NCBI GenBank assembly: GCA_030141605.1
Contig: JAQGDQ010000155.1
Span: 310,001-374,000 of the forward strand
DNA: 64,000 nt
Reading direction: 5' to 3'
Source of the DNA: Tubiluchus corallicola
Taxonomy: Eukaryota; Animalia; Priapulida
This document shows positions 37,301 to 50,691 of this stretch, piece by piece; the stretch's first letter is position 1, and each line of letters opens with the position of its first letter. A program made the translations under genes and the position numbers. The notes below the pieces were generated by a model. The model was not told where the DNA came from and ran no database searches. It saw nothing but the letters and a program-made list of their open reading frames with translations.

Positions 37301-40300
37301 CAAAAATTACAAAGCGCACTGTCGAATTTGATTAATTTGGTGATTTCATGCGCTAATATGGTTGGCATATCGCTACTGTCACAGCTACAGATATAAGTTT
37401 TGGGTCAAAGATAATATTCAATGAGATCAACTTCGGTTGCAGTTACAAATACCATCAAGTCTAGTATTACCACATCCGGGCTGTTAGAGAAGTAAGAGAA
37501 TGTACTTTCACTATGAAATCTATTTTATGAACCAATAGTCAGTTTTTTTAGTCACAAGTCTACCCTTGAATCATCAAGGCTGTTGTGAATCAGAACTTTG
37601 GAGCACAAACACATTATGAATCCAACTCGCGCAATGTAATGAAGCGATGCCAAAAAGACAATGCTTAGTTTAATGTTAAGCCTTTATTTCCAGGAAGCAA
37701 CTACTACATGATGCCAATGATGGAATTACCCGTTCTCGATTGATTGCACAACGTATACAATCTCTATAATCTTATATCACAAATCATAAGTATATTATCC
37801 AGATCAGTGACGGCTCGTGTACCCCCTGTTTTCACTCATAAGTATCGATAATATTCAATATAATGAGTCTTTTCTTTAGTTTTTTTATACTTGTGCAGAG
37901 TATGTGAGGGAAGTACAATTTGCTTTACAGCCCTAGCAACGTGGTATTTGGCTGTTGTGCGCACGCGGTCATGTGCACAGGTCTCAGATAACAGGCTGTA
38001 CGCTACCGTCTGCTGTCAGGTAGAAAAGTACTGTCTCCGAACACAGTAACAATTGCCACGTGCTTACCGTGTAGCGTCATATTTTTGGATGTGATAAAGT
38101 GTAAACTTAGCGCGTGTGCTTAAAACATAAATTATTTAGTAGTGGACGCCTTGCATCCCCAAAAAATAAGCTTTGCGACTGTAGTGAAGTACAACAGCCT
38201 AATTTTTCACAGTTGGTCTAGCCATGAAAAAGTCGCAGTTAAGAAAAAATGCCGTTCAACACATGATCTTCAAATATAACTACAACATTAAAATTACATT
38301 AAATTAAAAGTTTTTTACATTTTATACAGTATTAAAACTATGGCTAAAAATTTTCTCAAGCAGCACTCCCACTAATTTTAGTTACGAACCGCCGCTGATC
38401 CAGACGATTATAAGATTAACATCGAAGTAAAAGACTTTTTACTAATTCGCAGTATATTCAATGTACTTGTTCCAATCTAGCATTGCCTCGCCGCTCGAGT
38501 GTGTTCATCTGACTTATACGCGGGAAAAGAGAACGAACCAACCGAAAAATTTAATCACATTATCCGCAATTTTAGAACATTTGCGCGAACTCAGAATTAA
38601 CCATCCCACTTTTTTAACGGGAAATTTAAACCAAAGATCTGTAACTAATCGCCATCGCTCACAGTTATATTAAGTTTACCATAATTACATGGTTAATAAT
38701 GCAGAATGTTAGTCACATAAACCAGTTGCATTGTTATTGTTTACCTTAGCAACGGCACTGATATTAAGCTTAGATTTGGAAAACTATTTCATTAGAGGTT
38801 GCTTTATTCGGCTTGTGGTGTCTCCAAGTTTCTATATGTAAATTTTCGGTAAAAGCAACTTTATATTTAAAACAATTTTATTAGCTAACAAGTAATTTTC
38901 CAATTCAAATTTAAATTGACAATATGTTCTAAATTTGTGTCCTTTGCCTATGTTATTATAATCTTTATTTTTTCAGTTGTCTAATATTCGTTATACATTT
39001 TTTGTCATTTCATTTAACGAATGCTAACAGCCGCTTTTCGTTTATCGTTTCCTGGTTTTCCCAGACATATACAAAATCAATATGAGTAAAAAGAGATGTT
39101 TCAAATGATGCCCAGCTATCTAAGCCAGCCTCACCTTATATAAAATATGGGCCAAAAAACATAATTCTGGTAGTTTCCTGTTTTGGATATAAGCACGTAG
39201 TGCCTCCTGGTGTTTGTTTTTCCTAGTTTAGACAGGTGAGCTAGTCCAGGAAATAGGCCATTGGCCTCATTTCACAGTTAGGATATGAAAGTAGTGAGTC
39301 ACCGGTATGCGGCAAAGATGTAAGTTTCATTTCTTTACATTTTGTCATGTCATATTATTATTAATTATCATTATACCAGTTACTTAATGTTGTGACGTTG
39401 GTTTAGCAGAAAGAATTTTTAATTTTTTTCAGATAAGACGAAGTCAAACGCATGTCGCGTACATTTGCCGTCATGACAGTTATTTTCTGCCAAACGCACA
39501 AAACGTTTTTGCAAAAATTAAAAATATTGCTCGCTTGTTTTAAGCCACAAAATCAACACGTACCAGACTCAGAAACTCTAATGTTACTGAGTAAGAAATT
39601 CATTTTTTCAGTGTTGATAATAAACGACAAAGCCCTGTACCTTGCCTCGAGAATTTTACACGCTGTGAAAGGTCCTGGTACCAAAGAGGACCAGGTAATT
39701 CGTGTTTTAGTGTCGCGCTGTGACAAGGACTTGATGAACATACGGGAATCGTATGACAAGCACATGGGAGGACTGCGAAATGCTATTCAGGTTTGCTATT
39801 AAACTACAAAGCATTAGGTAAATAAAGTACGTTGAGTTGAATTGACGAGAGGTTAAACTTCACGGTGCGCGGTGAGTTTGGTACAGGCCAATTTGGTCCT
39901 GGTAATTTTGGTACAGCGACATTTTGGTATAGGGAAAATTTGGTACAGAGTAAATATAGTAGTAACGAAGTTTTGACAAGCATTTTTCGTACAAGTAAAT
40001 ATGGTACAAGGTAAAAATGGTACGGAACAAATTTGGTAGTAGGAAAGTTTAGTACTGGGAAAGTTTGATATTAGGAAAATTCGATACAGACAAAGTTTGG
40101 TACAAAGAAAGCTTGGCTCTATGAATATATATAATTATATAACGTAGTCGGGAAAGTTACAGAGGCTCATATTGCTGCCTTTGTTTTTATTTTATTTTTT
40201 ATTCTTTAATTTTTTTGTTCATTTGTTTGTTATTATTTTGTCATTGTTGTTATCATTTCTGTTTCTTGCTCCACTTTTGTTATGATTATTACCAGTACCA

Positions 40301-40461
40301 TCATCACTATCATCATTATCATGATCATCATCATGATCATCACCATCATTATCATCATTGCTGTCATGTCACCATTGTTACTTTTATCGTTTTGTTGCTG
40401 TTGCTGTTGTCATTGTTGTTTTGTTATTGTCGATGATGTTGTTGGTGTTGCTGCTGCTGTT

Positions 40462-40507
<46 letters not shown>

Positions 40508-40520
40508 CCATCATCATCAC

Positions 40521-40562
<42 letters not shown>

Positions 40563-41801
40563 CATCATCAAACCACGTTAACAACTGGAAAAGCAAAATC
40601 AAATGCATTAACAAAAAACAGTGGCAATTTTAATCACCATTTCTGCCAACAGCAGCTTTATGACTGCATTAAACCATCACCGTCATCACTGCCAGCAGCA
40701 GCAGTAGTAGGAGCATCAAGAAGAACGGTCCTTACTCCATACTGTGGGCCGGAACCATACTACGCTTATACAGGACGTTTTCTCCAGTAATATCTTTGGC
40801 CATCACTGCCGTGGTTTTATCTCAGTTTTATAAGTTCTGTAAAAAATAGTCATTATTAGCGAAAAACAAATTGATGAGTTTATCGAAAATTTGCATGGTG
40901 AGCTGGAGACCTTTCAGATTCAGAGACCTTTTCAGACCTTTCACATAGGTGGGATAATCACTGATTAAATTATCTTATCACTGATAAGCACTGTTAATTA
41001 TTATGTTTATGAACTTTTAATAAACCAGACTTTCCTAGTTCCAAATTTTCTATTTTCCAGTTGAAATAATTATTTTGTACTGAGACATAGAAATGCGGTT
41101 TTTTTTAGTACCAAATTTTCCAGTATCAAAATTTCCTAGTACCAAATTTTCCTCGTACCATATTTTTCCAGTACCAATATTTCTTAGTACTAAACAATCC
41201 TGGTACTATATTTTTTTTCTACCAAACATTCCCCGTAACACATTTTCCTGTACCAAAAATTCCTTCTCTCTAAAGATGACGGTACCAAATTTAAGCACTT
41301 GTTGATTATAATGTTTTATTAAGCAGCACCAAGTCTAGTCAGTGATTGGTTCATGATTGCCTTTCCGTTAATATTCATTTTTATTGCATGTTATAGGGGT
41401 TAAATCTATGAGATACTTTTTTCTACATAAATACTACAAAGTACTTTTTCTGTGAAATACTATGAAATTAGTCCCTTTTTGCATTTCCTCTACTTTCTCT
41501 TGGAGTTCGATTTATGGAAATTTGGTTTCTTATCACATGACTTAGATTAAAGTGAACTCATTCTTAAAAAAATGTTATTACATTTTATTAAAAAACGAAA
41601 AAGTGGGGTGAACTAAACAGATTGAGTTATTTGTATCTGGCGCGTTAATGTGCTTATTTTTGAGATAGGGAGGGGAGGAGAAAGGGAGGGAGAGGGGTTT
41701 ATTGCACAGTTAGTAAGTTTTGCATCCAACAGCATTTTTTCTACTTACAGGGTGATTTTTCAGGAGATGTCCGCGATTGTTTGCTTAGTCTGGTCAAGTG
41801 A
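26855..41801 (+). CDS. Annexin, paralog 2 (8 coding exons, 320 aa, intact)
   Basis: Exons 26855-26963, 28455-28549, 28700-28813, 33807-33894, 35234-35316, 36966-37209, 39612-39790, 41751-41801; 963 nt, all GT-AG, phases consistent. Motifs AAKGPGTDEKTFIDILTNR, VKGSGTDEDTLVEIICTRS, DIRNDTSGLF, VKGPGTKEDQVIRVLVSRCDKDL, GDFSGDVRDCLLSLVK*. Confidence 0.93.
27718..27955. repeat. (GAT)/(AAT)n/(AAG)/(AAC) compound microsatellite
   Basis: Direct reading. Confidence 0.95.
28275..28382. repeat. (AG)n/(CA)n microsatellite in annexin-2 intron 1
   Basis: Direct reading. Confidence 0.9.
29657..29780 (-). mobile_element. Non-LTR retrotransposon reverse transcriptase fragment
   Basis: Minus strand translates MFDSESDPVHVYGINTNCMMYADDIILMSDS, containing the YADD catalytic motif in LINE context. 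Confidence 0.7.
29816..30340. mobile_element. Kolobok-like non-autonomous DNA transposon (complete)
   Basis: TTAA (29812-29815) AGGAAGACCGGACGATTGT ... ACAATCATCCGGTCTTCCT TTAA (30341-30344): TIR matches 18/19, TTAA TSD, RR..YY termini. Confidence 0.75.
31332..31612. mobile_element. hAT-like MITE
   Basis: CAGTGGCGGTTC ... GAGCCGCCACTT imperfect TIRs; no TSD seen. Confidence 0.45.
34669..34838. mobile_element. Short palindromic MITE with ~31-bp TIRs
   Basis: TAAAGTGGCGTTTACGTAGCATCCGGATGCG ... CGCATCCAGATGCTACGTAAACACCACTTTA. Confidence 0.7.
37805..38397. mobile_element. hAT-type MITE with 8-bp TSD
   Basis: CAGTGACGGCTCGT ... ACGAACCGCCGCTG flanked by ATCCAGAT / ATCCAGAC (7/8 match). Confidence 0.7.
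39860..41292. mobile_element. Foldback-like element with modular inverted arms in annexin-2 intron 7
   Basis: Left arm (about 39875-40110) is tandem ~15-16-nt units with core AAATTTGGTAC; right arm (about 41030-41292) is the inverted GTACCAAATTT units. The middle holds (CAT)n. The block is absent from annexin-1 intron 7. Confidence 0.6.
40285..40570. repeat. (CAT)n/(TGT)n microsatellite region
   Basis: Direct reading. Confidence 0.9.
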
Positions 41802-41905
41802 GTTGGCAAACTTTGTGTTATGGCACCAACATCGGTACACCTATGCGTGGAAAATTTCACTTGTTATAGCCATTTGGTGTATTTGACTGTACAATACATA
41901 TACGT

Positions 41906-41911
41906 AATAAA
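41906..41911 (+). promoter_or_regulatory. Candidate polyadenylation signal of annexin-2
   Basis: AATAAA about 105 nt after the stop codon. Confidence 0.45.
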
Positions 41912-42274
41912 AAGCTTGTACTTTTCTGCAAATGCACTGGTTTATATTGCATCCAAATTTGATCTGTTTACTTAATAATAATTCCGCATGACTATAATTA
42001 AACAAAGCTGAATTAAATAATGCTGATTATTGTTGCTTGCTAACTTGAAAGAGATTTAAATATTGAAAGGCCTGAACTAACTGTGGCAAGATTTTAGGCA
42101 AATTGAAGAAAAGCAGAAGAAAGAAATAAAGTAAAGAGACTGATACCTAACTTCCCATATAACGGGTAACAGGAGAACTCTAAGCCTCCAGCAGAAGAAA
42201 CACAAGTGCAAAAATCACTGGTACTTTTAGGGGTGGCATATATACTACATGTTACAAAACTGCTACGTACCATA

Positions 42275-43793
42275 TGATGCAAAGCTTATACGTACTACCT
42301 GATGCAAAGCTTATACGTACTACCTGATGCAAAGCTTATACGTACTACGTGATGCAAAGCCTATACGTATTACATGATGCAAAGCTTATACGTACTACCT
42401 GATGCAAAGCTTATACGTATTACATGATGCAAAGCTTATACGTACTACCTGATGCAAAGCTTATGATGCAAAGCTTATACGTACTACCTGATGCAAAGCT
42501 TATACGTACTACCTGATGCAAAGCTTATACGTACTACGTGATGCAAAGCCTATACGTATTACATGATGCAAAGCTTATACGTACTACCTGATGCAAAGCT
42601 TATACGTCTTACATGATGCAAAGCTTATACGTACTACATGATGCAAAGTTTATACGTACTACTGATGCAAAGCTTATACGTACTACCTGATGCAAAGCTT
42701 ATACGTACTACCTGATGCAAAGCTTATACGTACCACATGATGCAAAGCTTATACGTACCACATGATGCAAAGCTTATACGTACTACCTGATGCAAAGCTT
42801 ATACGTCTTACATGATGCAAAGCTTATACGTACTACATGATGCAAAGTTTATACGTACTACTGATGCAAAGCTTATACGTACTACCTGATGCAAAGCTTA
42901 TACGTACTACCTGATGCAAAGCTTATACGTACCACATGATGCAGAGCTTATACGTACCACATGATGCAGAGCTCATACGTACTACCTGATGCAAAGCTTA
43001 TACGTACCACCTGATGCAAAGCTTATACGTACTAAATGATGCAAAGCTTATACGTACTACCTGATGCAAAGCGTATACGTACTACCTGATGCAAAGCTTA
43101 TACGTACCACATGATGCAAAGCTTATACGTACCACATGATGCAAAGCTTATACGTACTACCTGATGCAAAGCTTATAGGTACTACCTGATGCAAAGCTTG
43201 TACGTATTACATGATGCAAAGCTTATACTTATTACATGATGCATAGCTCATACGTACTACATCATGCAAAGCTCATACGTACTACCTGATGCAAAGCTTA
43301 TAGGTACTACCTGGTGCAGAGCTTATACGTATTACATCATGCAAAGCTTATACGCACCACATGATGCAAAGCTTATATGTACTACATGATGCAAAGCTCA
43401 TACGTACTACCTGATGCAAAGCTTATACGTACCACATGATGCAAAGCTTATACGTACTGCCTGATGCAAAGCTTATAGGTACTACCTGATGCATAGCTTA
43501 TACGTACTACCTGATGCAAAGCTTGTACGTATTACATGATCCAAAGCTCATACGTACTACATGATGCAAAGCTTGTACGTATTACATGATGCAAAGCTTG
43601 TACGTACTACCTGATGCAAAGCTCATACGTACTACCTGATGCAAAGCTTATACGTACCACATGATGCAAAGCTTATACGTACTACCTGATGCAAAGCTTA
43701 TAGGTACTACCTGATGCATAGCTTATACGTACTACATGATGCAAAGCTTGTACGTATTACATGATGCAAAGCTTATACTTACTACATAATGCA
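42275..43793. repeat. 25-bp minisatellite, about 60 copies (TGATGCAAAGCTTATACGTACTACC)
   Basis: GATGCAAAGC recurs every 25 nt (42276, 42301...). Variant tails ACTACC/ATTACA/ACCACA/CTTACA. Confidence 0.97.
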
Positions 43794-45699
43794 GCAATAT
43801 TTATTATACACGTACAAGGACTGTTTCAAAAATAGTGATGCAAAAATTAAGAAATGATTAAGAAATTAAGTTACATAATACATCATTTTGTTACATAATG
43901 GCAAACTTTGTAATTTGTTTCCCCTTTATTACTTAACAACTCTTAACAGTTGTTAATATTAATAACGGGTCCTTATGTTAGGACTAAATTCTATTCGCAG
44001 TATACAAAACTGTAAAAACAAATAAACAATGACAAAATAAAATAATTTTATTAATGTAAAAATAGGTAGCTAATTCTATTCTCTTCAATAAAATTTAATT
44101 AGTATCACAGATTCACACTACATAGCACCATAGCGTTATACACCTAAACACCATTTAACTATCTTAGTAGAAATGATTATAAAATCCAAATATATAATAT
44201 CCAGTACATAGTGAGTATGCCCAGGACACGAAACATTTTATAGTGCACATAATTAAGCATTTTTTCATAAAAAATTATACGTAATACTATATCATTCATA
44301 ATAATAAAGAATCATTTATTATAATATCTGAATAAAAGTGACCATGAAGGTGATTAACAAAAACAATTCACTCAAATAAGAGAATAATACCAACTAAGCA
44401 GCTGATACATGTATGGACGGTAAAAATAATACGCAATATTGAAATATTCTCCAAATGTGTGCTTGCATAGCATAATCGTCCTTAAACGTGCAATTAAGTT
44501 TTTTTAGTTATTCCCACAGCTCTATATTATTTCTAAGTTGAGATAATCCACGTTGAAGTTGAAGTGCATAAAACATGTGTGCTGAAAAACATTCTTGAGA
44601 AAATCTCGGTTAAATGAAGACAGGATAATTTTTGATATACTACCCTATTTTCAAATCGGATAAAATATGTACATTTTAACACAATTAATGCTGCAAAAGG
44701 GTTTCTGTTAATTAAATAATAGATTAAAATTTTAATTAATGGCAGGTGAAACCAACTATTGATGACATCACAAACAAAAATATTCCACGAGCGTGTGGCA
44801 CGTGTTTGGGAAAGCAAAAATCGAAGTACAGTGCTACTGCAAGACATTCAGTATAGTTGCCCAGTATTTCGGCAGTATTAACCACTGTGCTCATGGATGA
44901 GCTGTTGAACATGTGTAGTTCGTTACAAACTGACACGTCTGAACCGAGAGGTATAACACCTGTTTTTTGTGCAACCCGTTTGCAAAATGCAGACTACTTA
45001 GCGAATGGCAAAATGCATGTAATAATGAGGAACTAGTGGCGACCACACGAATTGTGTTTTTGTGGTAATAATTCTTTCACGCAAGTCATTTTTGAAAAAT
45101 AGTATGTTTCCTTTCAATATTTTAAAAAGTAGATTGTTTTCACCTGCAGTTTAGGATTGGGTCCAGTTCTGCTTTAAACTTTGCCATTGTTTTTTATTTA
45201 GTTTTTAGAAAAGCACTTAGCAAGTGCACAGAAGACTGGTTGCTGTTGTCTCTGTAAAAGTATATTGAGGTTATGTCTAAATAATTCCAGTAAGATGGCT
45301 CTTCCAGATGTAGTTTTGGGCTTGAGAAAAGAAAAAAAATGGAAAGAAAAACGGACTGCTTCTACAAGCTACTGTTCTAGTTTGAAAATGTGATTTCAGA
45401 ATTTAAATATTAGTTTCATTATGCAGAAACGAGGAAAACGGGTTATAAAAATTAAACTTATAGCTTTTTTACAATGGTCTGACTGCAATTCAATGTTAGA
45501 ATATTAAGTGAAACACATTTATCATGTGTTTTTGTAAAACCGGCCTGATGCATCCTAACGTTGAAGCACTGTAATTTAGTTTTAGCTGTGGCAACTTATG
45601 GGCGTTCTTTTTTTGCACGCACACATGCAAAATTATCAATTTTTACAGAAATCAGTAATAATGTCTGCATCTACTTATTGCATTCTGACTGCAATTCCA

Positions 45700-47895
45700 A
45701 AGGCTCCTACAGTAATCATCACGATCTAATGATGATAATTCTTCCACACGTTGATGACATAATATCCACTTTGCTGAAGCATTACGGTTGTAACTTTACA
45801 AAGAAAAAATGGTGTACAAACGATCAGCAATCAATTTCCATTGTTCTAGATGATGCTCACTAAGTGGCTGGTCCCAGTCATACTTTTCTACCCAAAGTTG
45901 AGCTATTTGCATAAAGAGTAAGCGGAGATACATAACCACAGGGGTCAAACACAGGGGTCAAACAGACTCGCAACTTGTTTTAATATCTCACGTTTAGTGG
46001 AACAATTGTGCATATTTACATAAATCTTGTGCGAAATAGACAATGTGTCATCCTTGGTGTTTAATTTCTGAGTATGCAATTTTATCTTCCTCAGGAAGAG
46101 AAGTAACAAACTCTAGGTTATTAGAACTTCCTTCCCTCGAATTCATAGATGCCGTGGAAAATAGATCTTTACCCAATTTGTAGAAGGAAATGGCTTCATT
46201 AGTTGTGGCAACACCAGTTATGATGTTGTCAACATACATGTTAGCTAGAATGCGACTTGCAATGGGTATCTTACCAGACATTTTACTAAGATGATGCTGG
46301 ACATTACCTGCTAGCATCCATGGGCTACTCAGAATGCCAAACAGACAGCGAGTAAAGCGAAATATTTGCACGTTACCAGTAGGATTAGTGTTACCAATAT
46401 CCTTTAACTAAAGAAAACGTGTGACGTCTCGATCAGGCTCATGCAAACCAACCTAAGGCCTTCTCAATGTCACTAACTAATCCGTACTCGTGCATCCTGA
46501 AACAAAGAAGTACACCACATCAGTCAGACATTAGAACAGGACCGCGGTATAAACAGTCATTTAGGGATGGACTAGATTTATTCACCTTAGCAGAGGCATT
46601 ATAAACTATTCTTAATTTAGTGCTAGCTCTCTGGGGGGTGATAACTGGGTGGCGAGGAATATAATGAATAGTTTTACCTGTAACGGTATCTTCGGTAACA
46701 GGCTCAATGATACCTTTTTCTAACTGATCCTGAATAACATTGTCATATTTCTCCAAGAGCTGTGGTTGTTTAACTAAACGACGCAAGCAAGGTTTTAATT
46801 GGCTCAGTGAAAGTGCAAAATTATCAGGAAGTATATCTTGTTTACATCGCCAAGGCCATGATACGTACTAGCGGCCGTCACGATACTCAATAGTATTCTC
46901 AAAATTCTTTTTGGCTTCTAAATCTCCAGCACTTGTTGGGCAGTCAGAAATTCCCAACAAGTCTAAATCCCAAATTCGGTTTACATCCAAATTAATGTCA
47001 TGTTTATTTACTTGATACTGATTATCAAAGGCTGCTAGTGATGTTTCTAGGTGTGTTTCTCCAAAGTAACTAAACCATCAGTTGTAATACCTGGTTCTAT
47101 GCAAAGTAATCCAGCTTTGTGCTCAGGGACTAAAGCAGTTTTCTTGAAATTTGGATATGTTCCTCCTAAGACGTATCCTAAACATGTTGCAAAAAGATAT
47201 AAACCAGGTCTAATTTCTTCCTTAAATGGCAAAAGAGTTTGGAAGTAGTAATCATTACCAATTAACAAATCTGTGGTATTGCCATGATGGTTTGGATTAC
47301 AATAGTCATCGGCTAAACTATAGCCGTAAGTACGTTATGGAAAATCAGCTATTTCACGTGGCAAAGGTTCACGCAATGTAGGTGAAGATATGCATTCAAC
47401 CACGCGGACAACTAACGGTAGATACAAATTTTCTTTAGTAATCAAATTGACACGTGTTGTAAAGTATGGTACCCTACATAAGGTATGACTGCCAAAAGTA
47501 GAAATTTGTAAAAACTCACATTTAGTTGGCTTATTACCTAAACGTTGCATAGCTAAACGTGTAGTTATATAAGAACAAGCACTTCCTGAATCAAGCGTTG
47601 CATTAACTTGAACTCTTTGATTAGTAACAGGATTACTTTGCATACATACGCTCTCCTAGGTAGTTGAATACAGAGCCTTTTCTGAAGTAGATGATGTAGT
47701 CGGAAAGTAAACAGCAGGATGACTATTCGCAGCAGCAACAGCACCTGTTCCAGAGGGAAACTTCTTTAAACAAAGACTTCGGTGATGACCTGGTCGGCTA
47801 CAATGGACACAAACACGTGAAGACTTACAGTTAGGTGCTTAATGGTTAACACTTAAACACTTAAGGCACCTACCAGCTAAAAGTTCTTTACGAGC
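45700..47895 (-). mobile_element. Decayed BEL/Pao LTR retrotransposon gag-pol fragment
   Basis: Minus-strand order: zinc knuckles (CLKCLSVNH...CVHCSRPGHHRSLC, about 47770-47880), protease LDSGS (47335-47643), LIGNDYY (47047-47268), RT YIPRHPVI..KLRIVYNAS..SLNDCLYRGP (46520-46786), RCLFGILSSP..MYVDN (46048-46371), TKREILKQVASLFDP..LWVEKYDWDQPL (about 45860-46000). Many stops and frameshifts; no LTRs seen. Confidence 0.92.
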
Positions 47896-48033
<138 letters not shown>

Positions 48034-48056
48034 TGTTATTGTTGGACATTGTTGGA

Positions 48057-48327
48057 CATTTCTAATTATGAATTCAAGTTACTAAACAAAATATAATTAT
48101 GGTATATTCACATCATTGCCCCAGTCTTGAGATCACCAACATGTTAAGGTTAAAGTAAGCTAACATTAGCAAATCAAATAGCCAGCTAAAATCAATGTAA
48201 ATACATTTTCGTACACACTACAGACAACCAAAACGTACCTGTGTAATCAAACTACACCATTAACACCCTACTGTTTAAAACCAATGGAGCAGGTGACCTG
48301 AGACAAGCAGCGCGAAACTTACTGACG
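48057..48327 (+). repeat. ~270-bp near-identical copy of 33408-33668 (annexin-2 intron 3)
   Basis: CATTTCTAATTATGAATTCAAGTTACTAAAC...CGCGAAACTTACTGACG present at both sites with few substitutions and small indels. Confidence 0.9.
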
Positions 48328-48459
48328 TAGGCATGCTATTGTATTGCTTTTATCCGTATACCATTGCTATTATAGAATTAACCGCTATTAACTAACTAAT
48401 TAATTAATTATCAGCTGAAATTTATTGACAATTATTAAAATTGGTCTCACTCTCTACAC

Positions 48460-48669
<210 letters not shown>

Positions 48670-49737
48670 GTTACGACGGCGAAATGCCGTTTATTTTCAC
48701 TCCCACCCCTATATTGTGATGGTTAAATCCATTAGGAAGCCATTGCATATCAGGTATAAAACCCCTGATATGGAATTGCCTCGTTGATTCAGCTGACAGA
48801 CGGACAGATGCGTGTATCATCTAAGCACCAGTTCAACTAGTATGGCAGACGCAAGATAAGTTACAGGCAACTTTTAACGTTAATTACTCTGTTTCGACGT
48901 TTACTTTTCTGTAAAACACTGACTGAAACACAATTTCTAAACGACGGCACAATTTCCTGTATTGCAGCACTGGACCTTCAGGAATGAGCTGCTACCATCC
49001 CATGTTATGTTAATATGTATCTGGAAATAAAACTGCTTATCTCAACAAGGCTACATTATTAACGAATCAGAGTACAATAGCGTGTTCTGATAATCTTTTG
49101 AAACCATTAAGTGACTTTCTACATTAGTAACAAATCAGAGCACAATAGCGTGTTCTAGTAATCATTTGAAATCATTAAGTGACTTTAGGTGCATTTGCAG
49201 AACGAATGATTGATCCTGTAAATACATATGATCCTGCTCGCGTCCTTGATATCAGTGTGTTCAGGTGAAGCATTGCTGCTACCCAAGAATCAAAACGCTT
49301 TTTTATTATTGTGGTTTTGAAAGTGTCCAAAAATCTCATTAAAGTGGAACTGGCAGCAATTAATGATTTCACGTGTTATTTCCAGTTAAAGCTATTAAGT
49401 TAAGGTAAAAACCGTATTACATGTAATTTTTATTTGCGATTGATACGTTTGTCCAAAAATAAGTCTACGGAAAGACACGATACGCTCACGAAAAGTCACG
49501 AAGTCTCCCAGACTCAGTTACGTCATAATTTTCAAGTGAATGGCGGCAACCACGACGCCTGAAAATTTCTATGCAGAAGTAGTACATTTTAAATTTATGC
49601 TTCATAGGCAGTCTTTTGCAAATTTCTTTGTTATATATTTCTAAGTTTAAGAGATAACAGTAGAATAAACTGAACACACGAGTGACTTCTTCTTTCCTTT
49701 AATTTAGGCACTAGATCGCATTTCTCTACCATTAACG

Positions 49738-50691
49738 ATGGCTGCGGAAGAGCATTTCATGGAACTGATAGGAAATGAAACAGATTTAAAACTTCCCGAG
49801 AACCTGAAACTCTTGGGTGTATTCAAGGCCATACAACACACAATTGCTGCTGCCATCGAGATATCCAACCTGCTGGTAATTGTAGTTCTAGTCAGATACA
49901 AACACTTGCAACAGTTCAGTAACTGGTACATATGCAACTTGGCGGTGGCAGATTTTTTGACAGGGGCATCACTGCATCATACCACGTTCGGAAGCCGTTC
50001 AGTGGAATCGTTTAGGTTGTCTAGGGTAGAATGCCTGTCATTGTTTCAAACCTCCATTCTCTTCGGCGTCGAATCACTGTTGATGTTGTTGGCGCTGACG
50101 GTGGACCGTTACATCGCCATCCAGCATGCGCTGCACTACGAGCTGATCGTCAAGAAGTGGAAGGTTCTGCTGACAATTGCAGCTTCTTGGGCGTACTCGA
50201 TTTCCTTCAGCTTCCTACTGTACTACAACGACCGCTTTGATCCGATACATAATTGCCGCTTCGAAATGGTTGTTAACCAACACGTCATCATCATCATGAA
50301 CGTTCACTTCTTTATCAACGCCATCGTCCTGCTGACCGTGAACGGGATCATTATGGTTATTGCTCGCCATCATGTGCAACGGATTTATCCGGATACTACG
50401 TCATACCACCGTAACGTCAAATCTGCTAAGATCATCTTCCTCATTGCTGGGACTTTTATTGTCTGTTGGATGCCATTCAGCATCACTAGCATCGTTGTCA
50501 TGGACATGGACAATTATGCTAAAGATTTGCATCATATCCGCAGATTAGGTTACATTTTAGTATACACGAACTCCTTCATGAACCCATTTATTTACTTTAG
50601 AAAAAATAAGGAACTTCAAGAGTCTTTGAAGAAGATGATGAGTTTGGAGACGCTTAAAACGTGTTTCAAACGCAACAGTGACAATGAGTAA
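49738..50691 (+). CDS. Class A (rhodopsin-like) GPCR, copy 2 (317 aa)
   Basis: Same 7TM motifs as copy 1; 13 amino-acid differences over the shared 316 residues and a shorter C-terminus. Confidence 0.93.
   Translation: MAAEEHFMELIGNETDLKLPENLKLLGVFKAIQHTIAAAIEISNLLVIVVLVRYKHLQQFSNWYICNLAVADFLTGASLHHTTFGSRSVESFRLSRVECLSLFQTSILFGVESLLMLLALTVDRYIAIQHALHYELIVKKWKVLLTIAASWAYSISFSFLLYYNDRFDPIHNCRFEMVVNQHVIIIMNVHFFINAIVLLTVNGIIMVIARHHVQRIYPDTTSYHRNVKSAKIIFLIAGTFIVCWMPFSITSIVVMDMDNYAKDLHHIRRLGYILVYTNSFMNPFIYFRKNKELQESLKKMMSLETLKTCFKRNSDNE

Noticed and set aside
42275-43793. CRISPR-like array (constant part plus variable part)
   Set aside because: The variable part is only about 7 nt and recycles a few related variants; there are no unique spacers or cas genes, and the context is eukaryotic.
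49738-50691. GPCR copy as a processed retrogene
   Set aside because: The duplication includes the upstream acceptor and about 0.9 kb of upstream non-coding sequence, and there is no poly(A) tail.
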